Both the position numbers and the translations under genes were made by a program. The notes beneath the pieces are model-generated. The model was given only the letters and a program-made list of their open reading frames with translations. It did no database searches and was not told the DNA's origin. A DNA stretch of 61,865 nt, filler included, from Basidiobolus ranarum (lineage: Eukaryota), in the NCBI GenBank assembly GCA_040143965.1. It is 11 parts of 11 records of this genome, joined end to end, with 100 filler letters (N's around TTAATTAATTAA, not from the genome) between each part and the next. Parts side by side here need not be neighbours in the genome. Positions count along the whole stretch, not along the records: positions 1 to 5,543 come from JASJQH010008434.1; positions 5,644 to 11,185 come from JASJQH010008435.1; positions 11,286 to 16,826 come from JASJQH010008436.1; 8 more parts are not named here. One strand, given 5' to 3'. Shown in pieces: positions 1 through 11,599 of the stretch; the first letter of the stretch is position 1; each line of letters opens with the position of its first letter.

Positions 1-157
1 TTCCTGGGACCTTTCTTAACATATTCTACACGTTAGGTTGTTTACATCTTGACAAAACTATAAATGTCAACTGAATACTCAATAAATCAATAAGTGAAAA
101 CCACCAATTCCTCTAATTCTCCAAACCACTTCCTACAGGCTCCCAAATACTTTAACA
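1..157 (+). repeat. Partial LTR, copia family A (3' part)
   Basis: Aligns by eye with 680-832 (CTTAA..CATTCTACAC.TTAG...GAAAACCACCAATT..TCTAATTCTCCAAACCAC..CAGGCTCCCAAATACTTTAACA). Confidence 0.8.
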
Positions 158-425
158 AATACATGCCCCTAACTTGTCCTCTAGATGTACTTCTGTTTTT
201 CTAACCCCCTGGGCTTCCAGTAGCTAGTCATCTCATACATAAACTTTCCTGCCTATAATAGTTTTCAGTATTTCAAACCTGCTTATTTGATTTGAAGAGG
301 TTAAGAGGCATTGAAATCAATAAGCATGTTTAGCAGTGCTGATCAGATGCCACATTAAATGTGTAAATAAATAAAGATGCATCATTAGTTCAAATCTGAC
401 CTACCTACTCTACATCATCCATTTG

Positions 426-485
426 CTAAAGTATTTTGGGGGCCTGTAGGAAGTGGTTTGGAGAAATAGAGATATTGGTGGTTTT
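426..485 (-). repeat. Fragment of LTR family A, inverted
   Basis: AAAGTATTTTGGG.GCCTGTAGGAAGTGGTTTGG is the reverse complement of the LTR 3' end and matches 1505-1560. Confidence 0.7.
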
Positions 486-832
486 TGTTGAAATTAGCTT
501 TGCCTAAACACCTATATAGTCATATATAGCTTGGTATCTAGTTATCCTATATTCCACTAAGATATTACCCATTATTCTCAATTGGAATATACCTGGAATA
601 TTTTAACCAAATGAGAAGATCTCAGATATATAGATACTTTGAACTTGTGCTAGAAGCCCCAAACTTTGCACACATGTTGCTGGAACATTCTTAAGCACAT
701 TCTACACATTAGTTTGCTTACATCTTGACAAAATATAAATGTCAGCTTTCCACTCAATAAATCAACAAGTGAAAACCACCAATTTCTCTAATTCTCCAAA
801 CCACCCCCAACAGGCTCCCAAATACTTTAACA
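486..832 (+). mobile_element. Solo LTR, copia family A (~347 bp)
   Basis: Starts TGTTG and ends TTTAACA, with TATA-like and AATAAA signals. Homologous to 1502-1850 (-) and 17205-17532 (-). No clean TSD seen. Confidence 0.8.
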
Positions 833-879
833 TATGTTTTCTTCTCCAAGTGCTTTTGACCTATATACAAAGGTTTCCC

Positions 880-1850
880 ACAGCCAATTAAAGTATTTTC
901 TTCATACTTTTGGTTGGATCCTAATTTGTGTAAATCTTAATCATATGGTCCAATCAGTTCTGGGTTCAAGAGCCATTATTAGGTTCTGAAACTCATGTGG
1001 TAGGCTATTCAAGACTGTTACTATGATATCCTGATCAGTAGTATATACTACTATGCATTCCATTTCATCCACTAAAATAGTGACTCTGAAAATTAGTGAT
1101 TTAATGTGTTCTCCTAGTTTTATCTATAGGTTAAAGAATTGTCTCCAAACAATTTATATACATTGGAACATGTTTGGTAGGTGTCTTCCAAGGCTTTTCA
1201 TATCTTCTGGGCAGTTTTGGCTCTTGAACATTGAATTAGCAATACATCTTTAACATTAAGACACATTGTTTTAAAGGTACTTTGATCTTGTTTAACCTGG
1301 AGAAAAATATAGGTTTCAGATAGCTTTGCATTGTTGTTTTCTCCTACAGCAGTGTTCCAAAGTCCCTGTTCTTGAAGCAGCATTTTCATTTTAATTATCC
1401 AGACTCAATAATTGGTTCCATCCATTTTTTCAAAAGAGGGAAAAGTTCCAGAAATTTGAGAAGTAGACATTACAGAGAGTGTAAGCTTGGGGCTCATAGC
1501 TTGTAAAAGTATTTTGGGAGCCTGTAGGAAGTGGTTTGGAGGATTAGAGAAATTGGTGGTTCTCACTAATTGATTTATTGAGTTGAAAGTTGACATTTAT
1601 ATTTTTTCTGGTTGTAAGCAAAATAGCATGTAAAGTTGGTTAAGAAAGACTCCAGAAATATCTGTACAAAGTTTGGGGCTTCTAGCACAAATTACAAAAA
1701 ATCTACATATCTGAGAACTTCTAAGATGGTAAAAATATTAAAAATAAATTCTGATTCAGATTAATGGGTGATATCTTAGTGAAATATAGGATAACTAAAT
1801 ACTAAGCTATATATGACTATGTAGATATTTAGGCAATACTAATTTCAAAA
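880..1850 (-). mobile_element. Decayed Ty1/copia 5' end: LTR (1502-1850), PBS-like site and gag pseudogene
   Basis: On the minus strand the LTR ends ...TACTTTTACA, followed by AGCTATGAGCCCC (copia PBS-like). Then FEKMDGTNY*VWIIKMKMLLQEQGLW, a typical copia gag N-terminus with an in-frame stop. Confidence 0.8.
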
Positions 1851-2504
1851 GTTAAAATAGGAATAATAAACAAGTTTGAAACTAAGCAATCCTACTTTAA
1901 TCAATGTTGTTAATTGCAAAATACTACCAATTGTATAGAGAGTTTGGAAAATGAGATGGAATTGTTAGACAGGCATCCAAGCATTATTATATCTGCTTCA
2001 AATGCTGTTAATGTAGATTTTGTGAATATCATTTAACCCAAAGTCAAAAAATATATTTTGGATGCATATAGAAAACACTCAGAAAAGACAAAGCCCGTAC
2101 ACTAGTTAAAATCCTTCCTACTTTGTTATTAACATAACAAAACTGCCACAGTTATATTTTTTTGTTTTCAATATACGTATAACTAGTGATTTTCAATCCA
2201 ACAAGAAAGTAAGGGTAAACAGCAATATCATACATTCATAATGGGATCTGAGTACAACTAATAGGTGCTTCTAATGTTGCTGACTTGGCGCTAAAATGAT
2301 ACATGATGAATACGAATTGAAAGAGCGTTAATATCAGAAGCCGAAGTATTTGGGAGATGTAGCAAATTCAATTATTTTTTGTCCATCTACTCAGCTGAAT
2401 TTTTGGACAAATTTGGACACGAAATTTTACAAATGAAATAAGATTACGCTTTAGTGGCTTGTTACAATCCTATCCGTGGTACGCTTACGAAACGCTTAGC
2501 AACC

Positions 2505-5214
2505 ATGCATTTATTGAAAACGTTTTTTTTGCTATTAAGTCTCAGGTGTGCAATAGCACTTAATCTAACACCGGCTTCTTTTGAAGATAGAGTTAGCACG
2601 GGGATTTGGTAATTTCATTTAATTTGTGTTTGTTCTACTCGCTATTAAGACGTATTTCTTTTGCATGTAGGTTCATCCAATTCTATTCGCCATATTGCGG
2701 ATATTGCCGTGAACTAGGTTTTTCGAAATAGCTAGCATACTTTACCTAACCTTTCATTAACCTTTTAGCATAGCGCCTTTATGGAACGAGCTGGACAATA
2801 GATTGTCACCCCAAGTCGAAGGCAAAGATTTCCATCTTGCTCGTTTAGATTGTGTTGAATTCAAAGGTGTTATCACTTGTAGATTAGTGTTAATCCTCAT
2901 TACCTATTCACTAACCCTTGAATTCTGTTTATTAAGACTTTTGCGACGAACGTGGAATCACAGCGTATCCTACACTTCATCTGTAAGTGCTACCTTATAC
3001 AACTGCCAAGCCATGTAACGGTTGATTCTAAAATGAATATTGTCCCCTTTGAACAGGTTTAACAATGGAAAGCAAATTGATCAATTCGTTGGCATCAGAA
3101 ATTATGAAAACTTTGAACAATTTTTGTTACCTCGCATTGAAAACCCGCAAACAGTAAGTCGATGTTTTGAATTTGCTGAAGATTGCTTATAACTTACAAT
3201 TATCTGCAGACTGCAGCAGAAGATTCTTCATTGACCACCCCTCCGGTACAGGCTGCAGTAGATGTACTTGAAAGCCAAAATATACCAATCAACCCTGAAG
3301 GCAAAGTAGTGGTTCTAAGTACCGAGTCATTCAACCAGGTAAGCTATCAGCTACACTCATAGATATTTGGAATAATTATTTACATTGTTTAGTTGACTCC
3401 CAATGGACCCTGGTTTATTGTAAGATAATCTACTTAATATATAAGGAGTTTTGTCATAATTCTAATACATACGAAGAAATTTTTTGCTCCATGGTGTGGT
3501 CACTGTAAAAAAGTAAGCGCTTTATATCTCCTCATCAACACAATGTCATTCTAACCCCCAAGCAGCTAGGTATGTGGGTGTTTAATGTAAGTAGTCTCTA
3601 CAGATATTTAATATTATTCGTAACCAGCGCCTGTTTGGGAGGAACTCGGCGAGAGGCTCAAGAATGTGGCCAATGTAGCAACAGTGGACTGCACTCAGCA
3701 TGAAGGTAACTTCTCGACTGACTAGAAATAGACTGTTATTAGAGTTACTGAATCTTCCTTCTAGGCTTGTGTAAAGAACATGAAATCAGAGGCTATCCCA
3801 CTCTGAAATTGTATCTTTTTTTCTTTGGTTGATCCAGATGTAAGCATTGCCACTCGTTTATTTCCCTTCATTCATTTACAGCTTCCAGGATGGCAACTCA
3901 CTCTCTTACTCCGGATCCCGAAGCTTGGAAAAACTCTCCGACTTTGCTATAAAAGCTGCCAAGTAAGAATTCATGCAGTCATTAGATGATGAAAAGATAC
4001 TCAATCTGTTTCTTCAGCTCAAAGATCGAAGAGGTCAGCGCAAATCACTTGGACTACATCAAATACGGAGATGTTTCTTTCGTTTATTTCCATGACAGTA
4101 ACTCCCCCGGAGAATACCTGGTAAGCCTACAGGTATGCCTGCCTCTGTGTCTATGAAGCTAACTTTTTTGTCTAGGCCGCTGTCAAATCAGCAGCGAGAT
4201 CCCTGTTCATGAACTCTCACTTCTACACCTCGAGTGACCCTAATATGGCGAAAGAGTTGGAGATCAGCCAAGTACCATCTCTCGTTGTTTTCAAGGAGGA
4301 TCTCCGTCGAAAATATGAGCATGACCTCAGTGACAAGGTTGCTTTGGAAAAATGGATCTCGACCCAGCGCTTTCCTCTCATCACCCAAATCGAATCTCAA
4401 AACTCTGAAGCCCTGTTGAGATCGCCTTATTTGATCGTGGCTGGTGTCATAGATCCAGCTAGCGCTGATGCTCCTCAGGTGTTGCAAACATTACACGACG
4501 CTGCCAAAGAATACTACAAGCAAGGATCTACGAATCCTCAAGATCATGTCACCTTCGTGTGGATTGATGGGATTCTATGGTCTAATTATGTGTCTAAAGT
4601 CTTCTCAATCACCAAAGCCACACTGCCCTCTGTTATCCTTGCTTATATCAAGGTATGTTAGTTGCCAACTTGATCTATACGTACTGTCCAAGCCGGCTCA
4701 CTCTTTTATTCGTATAGGATGATGTCTATTATGATACGGATAAGCAGGAGACCCGACTTTTGATTGAAAAAGACAGTATTTTACAAGCCATCACAGCTGC
4801 TCAAAATGGAGAACTGACAGTAAATATAAGATGTAGCTCGTTTTATGGATAATAGTTGTAATTGACCTGTGACTATTTAGGGTAAAAGTACATTGGACAT
4901 CTTCTCGAGAACTAGCAAGGTTTGTAGACGCCTCACCTACAGATTACCTGACGGCAAGTTGACTAAACAACCACTTCTTCTCCCATGTAGAATGTATACA
5001 ACTTCTTCAGCCCTGTCTTGGTAAGAAACCTCACCTTTACCCATTCAGTCTAACCGACGGTACCTTACATTTATTTCATCCGCACTTCTAGACATTCTTC
5101 AAGAACAATCCTCTGGCCATAGTTGGTATATTGATCGTCGCAATTGCTAGCACCGTGTTTTTGGTTATCAAATGTATTGACGAAACTGATGAGGAACACA
5201 TCAAAGAAGAGTAG
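2505..5214 (+). CDS. Multi-exon ER protein disulfide isomerase/thioredoxin-domain membrane protein (Eps1/TMX3-like)
   Basis: Signal peptide MHLLKTFFLLLSLRCAIA. Active-site motifs FYSPYCGYC (~2680-2710) and FFAPWCGHC (~3480-3506), plus GYPTL. b/b'-like exon 4209-4652. C-terminal TM PLAIVGILIVAIASTVFLVI and tail ...EEHIKEE*. Many short GT-AG introns. Confidence 0.9.
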
Positions 5215-5543
5215 AATAGCCCGCCACTTCACGCAATATGTTTATTTGTCTGCTTTTATATTACTGAAGTCCACTTCGGACTCACGCTTCCTTTCTGTTT
5301 ATTGAAAAAAGTGTAGGCCACCTACGGCAAGCATTGACTATAATAAAGATTCATTTAAGATTGCCAACAATATGCACTAAAACTGCGTAGAAATATTCCA
5401 GTGTTTACCCATCAGAAGGATGTGTTATCGAGGGTCCAAATTGCCCCAAAGATAGCTCATTTTACTCCCACAGATGTTCTGAACACAACCCCAGTGTTAG
5501 TTTTCTGTATTTCCACCAAAATGTATAAATGCTTAATTTCTGG

Positions 5544-5643
5544 NNNNNNNNNNNNNNNNNNNNNNNNNNNNNNNNNNNNNNNNNNNNTTAATTAATTAAN
5601 NNNNNNNNNNNNNNNNNNNNNNNNNNNNNNNNNNNNNNNNNNN
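5544..5643. other. Artificial contig spacer (N-run with TTAATTAATTAA stop linker). Equivalent spacers at 11186-11285, 16827-16926, 22465-22564, 28102-28201, 33737-33836, 39372-39471, 45001-45100, 50625-50724, 56246-56345
   Basis: The same 100-bp N/TTAATTAATTAA/N block occurs ten times. Intervening segment lengths fall from 5543 to 5520 bp. Confidence 0.99.
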
Positions 5644-6626
5644 AAGTATGTCTTATTACCCCCACTTATCTATTATATCTTATTACACAAACTCCTGAAT
5701 ATCTCAAACAATTGATTTACTTTTCTACTATATAAGTCACCATATACTCTTAAGGATAAAGTAACTAAAAACACACTATCATAAGTTGCTTCTAATACTC
5801 AAAGTCTACCCCCATTATGTCAAGATCCTCCAACAAATATCTAAAATAGTAAAGTGTGCAAACATAGGAATAACAGACTTTATATCAATTTTTTGAATAG
5901 AAAACTATTCTCTTCTATTTGTATGTATATTGTGCAAATTTAGGGTCTTTGAAGATTTTTGGATATTGTGAATTTGAGAGATGTTTATTAAATGGCCAGA
6001 AATAAAGCATTTATGCTTTTGAAGGTATTACTAAGAAATCAATGAGGTGGCGCTCTGAACATCTGTGGGAGAAAGTGAGTTATCTGGGGATCAATTTGGA
6101 TGACTTTGGAATTTTTACCAAGTTGAATTTGAAATTTCAAAGTTTTGGTTGAGTGCGCAGCTAATACACTTGACTGAATATAATGATAAAATTGATTATT
6201 TTAGAGAATAGACCGCAACCAACTGGTTTTCTTGGCCTGCCCTAAATCTACTACTAGCGTTATGTTAGATAGAGTCGTGGATTACCTAAGCACAGAGCCA
6301 TTTGTAAAATATAGTAGATAGAATATTTCAAGTGGCTTAGGAATCTTTTTTCGCAAACCTAACAATCATTTTGTTGAAAAACGTCATCGAGTATATGTCT
6401 GGATTGGCAGATGAAAATAAATAATTCAAGAAATATTTCCATTTGCCCTATGAGAATACGACATTAATATGAGACAATACGAATCCCTACTAAATTGGAC
6501 ATGTCGTGGATTCATTGCTTCAATTATTTCATTGAAGTATTGAAACACTTGGACTTCTCTTGGTTAGTTTCGTAGAAGAAAACTACTTATCACTTAACCT
6601 TTTACTCCACTAAACGTTCAACTAAT

Positions 6627-7859
6627 ATGGATAAACTTAAGGAAGTAGGTTGCCTTTTATTTATTTTATAATCCTTTGGTTGAAATATATATATGCTTTA
6701 TTTCAAGCTCTACGAGAAACAAACTTGAAATTCAACTGAATCTCAACTGCTTCTTAGAAGTATAGAGCATCCTCTTGTTTATTAATATAAAATAGACTTT
6801 ACTTTCGCTCTATTTCATATTGAAAATATGTGCTCTTTATTAACTTTTGGAACCTTACTCTCATAGAGACTCAACGCACTTCGCGCTGAAGCTGATGCTG
6901 CTGCTACCCGTGCTGAAGAGGCTGAAGCTCAACTAAAAAAGTTGAACGAAACTCAACTCGACCATGACCAAGAAACCATCGGGTTTCAAAAGAAAATCCA
7001 ACTCCTTGAAGAACAGTTAGATCGTGCGGAACAAAAATTGGTTGAATCTAAAGCATCTTCTCAGGAAACCGAAGAACATCGTAGCTTAAACGATACCTTG
7101 AGTAAAAAGCTATCCATGGTAGAGGATAAATTAGAACAGACTGAAAATAAGCTTAAGGAGACCACAGAAAAGTAGATTGGTTGCTACTCACCTCTTCCCC
7201 CCTCCTTTAAATTAACCATCTTTTGTGTAGACTTCGTGAAATTGACTTAAAAGCTGAACAAGCAGAGCGTAAGGTCCACCAACTTGAGGTTGAGAGAACT
7301 GCCTTGGAGGAGAAGTACGTATTGTTTGTGCTGGGTTCCCTCCTATTTATAAAATACTTATCAATCATTTTGACATGATCAGACTTCAAGAGGCTCCAAA
7401 GTCAAGTGTAAACAATCATGAGCGCGACCAGGAATTCATCGAATTGCAAAGCAAATTAAGCATGTTACAGATTGAGTTGGATCGTACTGAAGAGAAGCTT
7501 GAGACCGCTAAGACTACACGTGTTGGAGAGGACCAAAGTAAGACTGAGATTGACACAAGAGATAAGAAAATTGGTTTGCTTGAAGATTCACTCGAAGAAA
7601 CTAAAAACCAACTTCGCGAATCTAACGAAAAGTAAGTGCTTTAACTAAACATTTTATTTCAAGAATTTCCTTCTGAACAAACATTGGATTTTATAGAGTT
7701 CGTGACTTAGATCTTAAATGTGAACAGCTAGAACGCCGTGTACAACAAATGGAGAGTGAGAGAGAAAAGATAGAAAAGCAATTGGAAGAGAAACAGCAGA
7801 AATATGATGAAGTTCGTAAGGAGTTGGATGATACTCTGAAGACAATCGAGGAGATGTAG
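6627..7859 (+). CDS. TPM: Tropomyosin with internal exon-pair duplication, 272 aa; exons 6627-6644, 6867-7171, 7231-7314, 7383-7631, 7697-7859
   Basis: The N-terminus MDKLKE|RLNALRAEADAAATRAEEAE and C-terminus ...KYDEVRKELDDTLKTIEEM* are typical of fungal tropomyosin. Near-continuous coiled coil. All introns are GT-AG and keep the frame. Confidence 0.9.
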
Positions 7860-8199
7860 ATTCAATTCATTCCTTCTTCACATGCTTAATATTAACCATC
7901 CTGAGTTGTTGCCTGTTTATCTTTAACTAATGTCATCCTCATCTTCTAAATTAGTTTGAGTAAATAAACTTTCTTTGTATCTGGTATCTTCTCAAATTCT
8001 AGCAGACAAAAATTGATAGTCAAACTCACTTTACAATGTGAGAGCTTGTGTGATAGTTTGGTTTGATATCCAGCACGTATATGAATAGATCGATGCTCTT
8101 TATATATTATCTTACATTCATCAATGAAAATAGGTGAGGTATGGGTGGTAGAAAAAGGGAATGTATTCAAGGGAGAGCTCAAGACAACAAAGGTGAAAG

Positions 8200-10525
8200 C
8201 TACTCCGAAGTTGTAGAGATAAACTCAGCAATACTGGGTGCGGAACGCTCATTTAATTGGAACGGGCTAGGTGGACTATTCTGAACTAGAGCAAGATATG
8301 CCTTTCGCAACGCAACACATTTCTTAATAAATGGAATTGAAAGTAATATTAATAAAATGGAGTCCAATAATAATATCTAGTATAAATATCGTACCTCTTC
8401 ATCATCCAATTCTTTTGTTCCTATCTTACACATCTTCTCCGCCCAGTCAGCCACCAACTTAAGAACTTCGGGTGAATTGTTGCTCACTCCAAAAGACTGG
8501 ACTTCAGCTAAAAATTTTACACCGTGTGTATGTGCAAAAATACTCCATTCGGTACAACGAATAAAGAAGTCCTCCACAAGGATCTTTTGCAACTTTCTAG
8601 AGCCCAAAATCACATTGATCGACTGTACCAATAAAGACAATACAGATTGGAATAAATCCTCATAACTGCTGGGGTTTGTAGGAAGTACTTGGAAGAGAAC
8701 AGGCACAATCCGATTAAATGCAACCAGGTCGCTTTCGTAAAGACGATCCAAAGTATATTGGCAGAAAATCTATTCATATAAACAACATCAATATAAATAG
8801 AAAATCCAAACTGGAGTCAAAATTACAAGATTTACCTTTCTAGCTACTTCACTTCTACCCAACACGGCAATCTCACTCTCAGTCAATGCCTCAGCGAATA
8901 CTTCCTCATCCTCTATACCGATGTTTTTCTTCGCATTCTCCTCACGATGTATATCGTCAGCGATCAATCCCCCCATTGCGGAATAGAATTTGGAAGTAAC
9001 CTCCTTGTCAACTTTAGGGATCTTGAAGCTCCTCGTCTGAATCATAATTCTTGCATGGTAGCCCAGATTTAAAATTGTAGAGGTCCAGATGATATTCCGT
9101 TCAGCCTAGAAAGCATGTGTTAAAGTTACTAGTCACTGAAAGAAAGAAATGATTGACAGGATTTACCTTGGGCTCGAGTTGCTTCGCAGCTGCTGTATGA
9201 AGTAAGTGTAGGAGTTGAAGTGAGAGCATATTAGCTGTAAATGGACCCAAAAGGATCATAGCAATGTCACTAGAGTTATTTGGAATCAATAGTTAGGTTT
9301 ACTATGCAACATGACTTGCCCAGGACTGTATAGCAATGTTTACCCGTATACGGGATCTTCTTTCATCACACCATCGAAGAACTTCTGCATATCACGCACT
9401 CGACGCTCATCCATGGACTGTGTACGAATACACGCGTCCAATGCCCATACAAGCTGATGGCATGGGTCTTTTTCATAAATCTACAATAAAACATTGGCAT
9501 AAATAACCACTATTGAAAGCCATCTGAGAGAGTTACACTGTCTATTCTCACCTCATTTACATCCGCCTCATGCATAGCCATTAACAGGTCAAATCTCAAA
9601 GTACAATAATTAGTGTATCCGGTGCTGAGAAACAAAGTTCTCAAAAATCCTAAAACCAAATCGTACAAAGTGATATTTGTTCCAATTACGTTGACCAAAT
9701 CTTTGATGGTTGAATGCTCACGACTATACTATGACATTAGATGACTAGCTTGTAAAAATTATACGAAAAGCAAATATTACCGTAATTTGGTTATCTTAAC
9801 TACATCTTTGTGCCTTAATTCTCTGCCTATGCCGTAATGATCCATATCGTAATGGTACCGCTGTAGTTTCGGTACAACATAATCTCTAAATAACGTATTG
9901 TCATTCAACCATAATTGACGCTTAACTTCCACTGGACACTCTGCGTAAACATCGCTCTGCTGTGAAATGCTTTCTAGCACTTCTTTAGGTATACGTTCCG
10001 GGTGTTTACTTAATAGTTTCACCGGAACCTCTCGTAATTCCTTCAAGTGTATGTAAGGCAGAGTTTTCTTTAAAAGCTTGTGAAAACTAATGGTGAATTA
10101 GCCCAAGGTTAAATACTTCCAAGTCACAAAATAAAAAATAAAATAAATACCGTTCTTCATCCAAATCTTCTTTTTGGATCTTCTCCAGCATTCGAAGCTT
10201 TAATGAATCTAAAAACGAGCCGTGAACCTCTGCGCGGGTATATTCCAGATGGTCTAATAGTGGATATATTGCCTGTATATTGGGTAGTAAAAAATAAAAA
10301 AACAATCTCACGTCAAATAAATCTAAGATAAAAATAAAGTAATAATTCTTCAGACATTGATAAGGTAAACTTTTGAAGACGAAAGGTATCATCTAAACCA
10401 TATTTTGTTCGAATTTCAGCGATAACTATCTTGGGATCATTCAATGATAAAGAATTCTTCACGTGTTGTCCTCCTTCCATACCAACCAGGTAACGTTTAG
10501 GTTCGGTCTCCATTGGATCAGCCAT
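8200..10525 (-). CDS. NELFB: Negative elongation factor B (COBRA1) homologue, multi-exon
   Basis: LYDLVLGFLRTLFLSTGYTNYCTLRFDLLMAMHE...DPCHQLVWALDACIR...DIAMILLGPF and CPVEVKRQLW match hallmark COBRA1/NELF-B motifs. The last exon reads ...IAEFISTTSE* (stop 8200-8202). Confidence 0.9.
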
Positions 10526-11036
10526 CGTTGAATGAATGTTTGTTGAAAGGTACTGTGTTCGCGTGAACTCTATTTAGACAGTATTTTATGGAAGAATGGT
10601 AAATATCCTCAAGTAATTTTCAATGAATTGTTTGAAACCAAGCTCTTCACTAACCAAAGATGTTATTCAATATTATTTTCCCGACAAATTAAATTTAAAG
10701 GAATTTTCGTCCAAAATCAACAATATCTCTTAGTTACCTTTTTTTTTATAAAAACGACTTAAAATCAAAATGAATGTTTAATCATCATTAGATTCTGATC
10801 AAACAGCTAATGTTGCCATTTGATTTCGATCTTGATAACGCGTAAATGATGAGATTCAATTACGACACGCGACCTTTGAATGCCGTGACTGAATGATTGG
10901 ATTTTTTTGGTTATTTCAATTATGGGTTTCGATTGGTTTAATACGACATCTCCACTATATATATAATACAAACTGAGCTATCGGCATTCTTCAAACTCCC
11001 CAATCTAATTATCCTGTTCTCACTTCATTAATTAAT
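10526..11036. promoter_or_regulatory. Divergent promoter region between NELF-B and H2A
   Basis: Inverted CCAAT boxes (ATTGG at ~10896 and ~10932), an ACGCGT MCB-like site at 10838-10843 and TATATATATAA at ~10956. Confidence 0.5.
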
Positions 11037-11185
11037 ATGTCCGGAAAAGCTGGTGGTAAAAGTGGTAAAGCAGTCAGCGGTGGCTCCAAGTCTCGTTCCT
11101 CTAAAGCCGGTCTTCACTTCCCTGTTGGTCGTATCCATCGTCAAGTACGTAACGGTAACTATTCCGAACGTATAGCCACTAGATC
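11037..11185 (+). CDS. HTA: Histone H2A, 5' part (truncated by contig end)
   Basis: [11 protein letters not shown]...[20 protein letters not shown] matches the H2A N-terminal fold. Confidence 0.93.
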
Positions 11186-11599
11186 NNNNNNNNNNNNNNN
11201 NNNNNNNNNNNNNNNNNNNNNNNNNNNNNTTAATTAATTAANNNNNNNNNNNNNNNNNNNNNNNNNNNNNNNNNNNNNNNNNNNNATTTAGTGTACTTAT
11301 TACAGTTGTTATACACCAGGCTTTGTGCAGCTGGTGGCTTTGTACAGTGACTGTGCTTGTAATTGTTTTTTCTATGAAGCCTCTGGCTTTGATAGCTCAA
11401 GAATTTGTGATAGTAATAGCAGGACTTCTTTAAACATTTGTGTTGTGGCATGAGAAGGATATTGTGGAAAAAAGAACACCTCCCACAAAAGGGTGCTATT
11501 TTAGGTATAGCCCATCAATATCATTAGCTGATTCTGAGACAGAGTCACAGATGAGTCATCAGGGGATATACAAGGTACTTGCGGTCATGGATTGCAATT

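Noticed and set aside
4188-4487. Antisense and alternate-frame ORFs over real genes (also 48734-49045, 53905-54249, 38092-38286 and others)
   Set aside because: Shadow ORFs of coding exons with no recognisable motifs.
5544-5643. Periodic TTAATTAATTAA palindromes every ~5.6 kb
   Set aside because: Artificial linker used to concatenate contigs. It is not a biological repeat or CRISPR array.
11110-11185. Divergent H2A residues (GLHFP, RQVRNG, ERIATR) suggesting a histone variant
   Set aside because: They lie in the last ~75 bp of a contig that ends in AGATC, the start of the Illumina adapter (also at 28097-28101). Low-coverage errors are likely.
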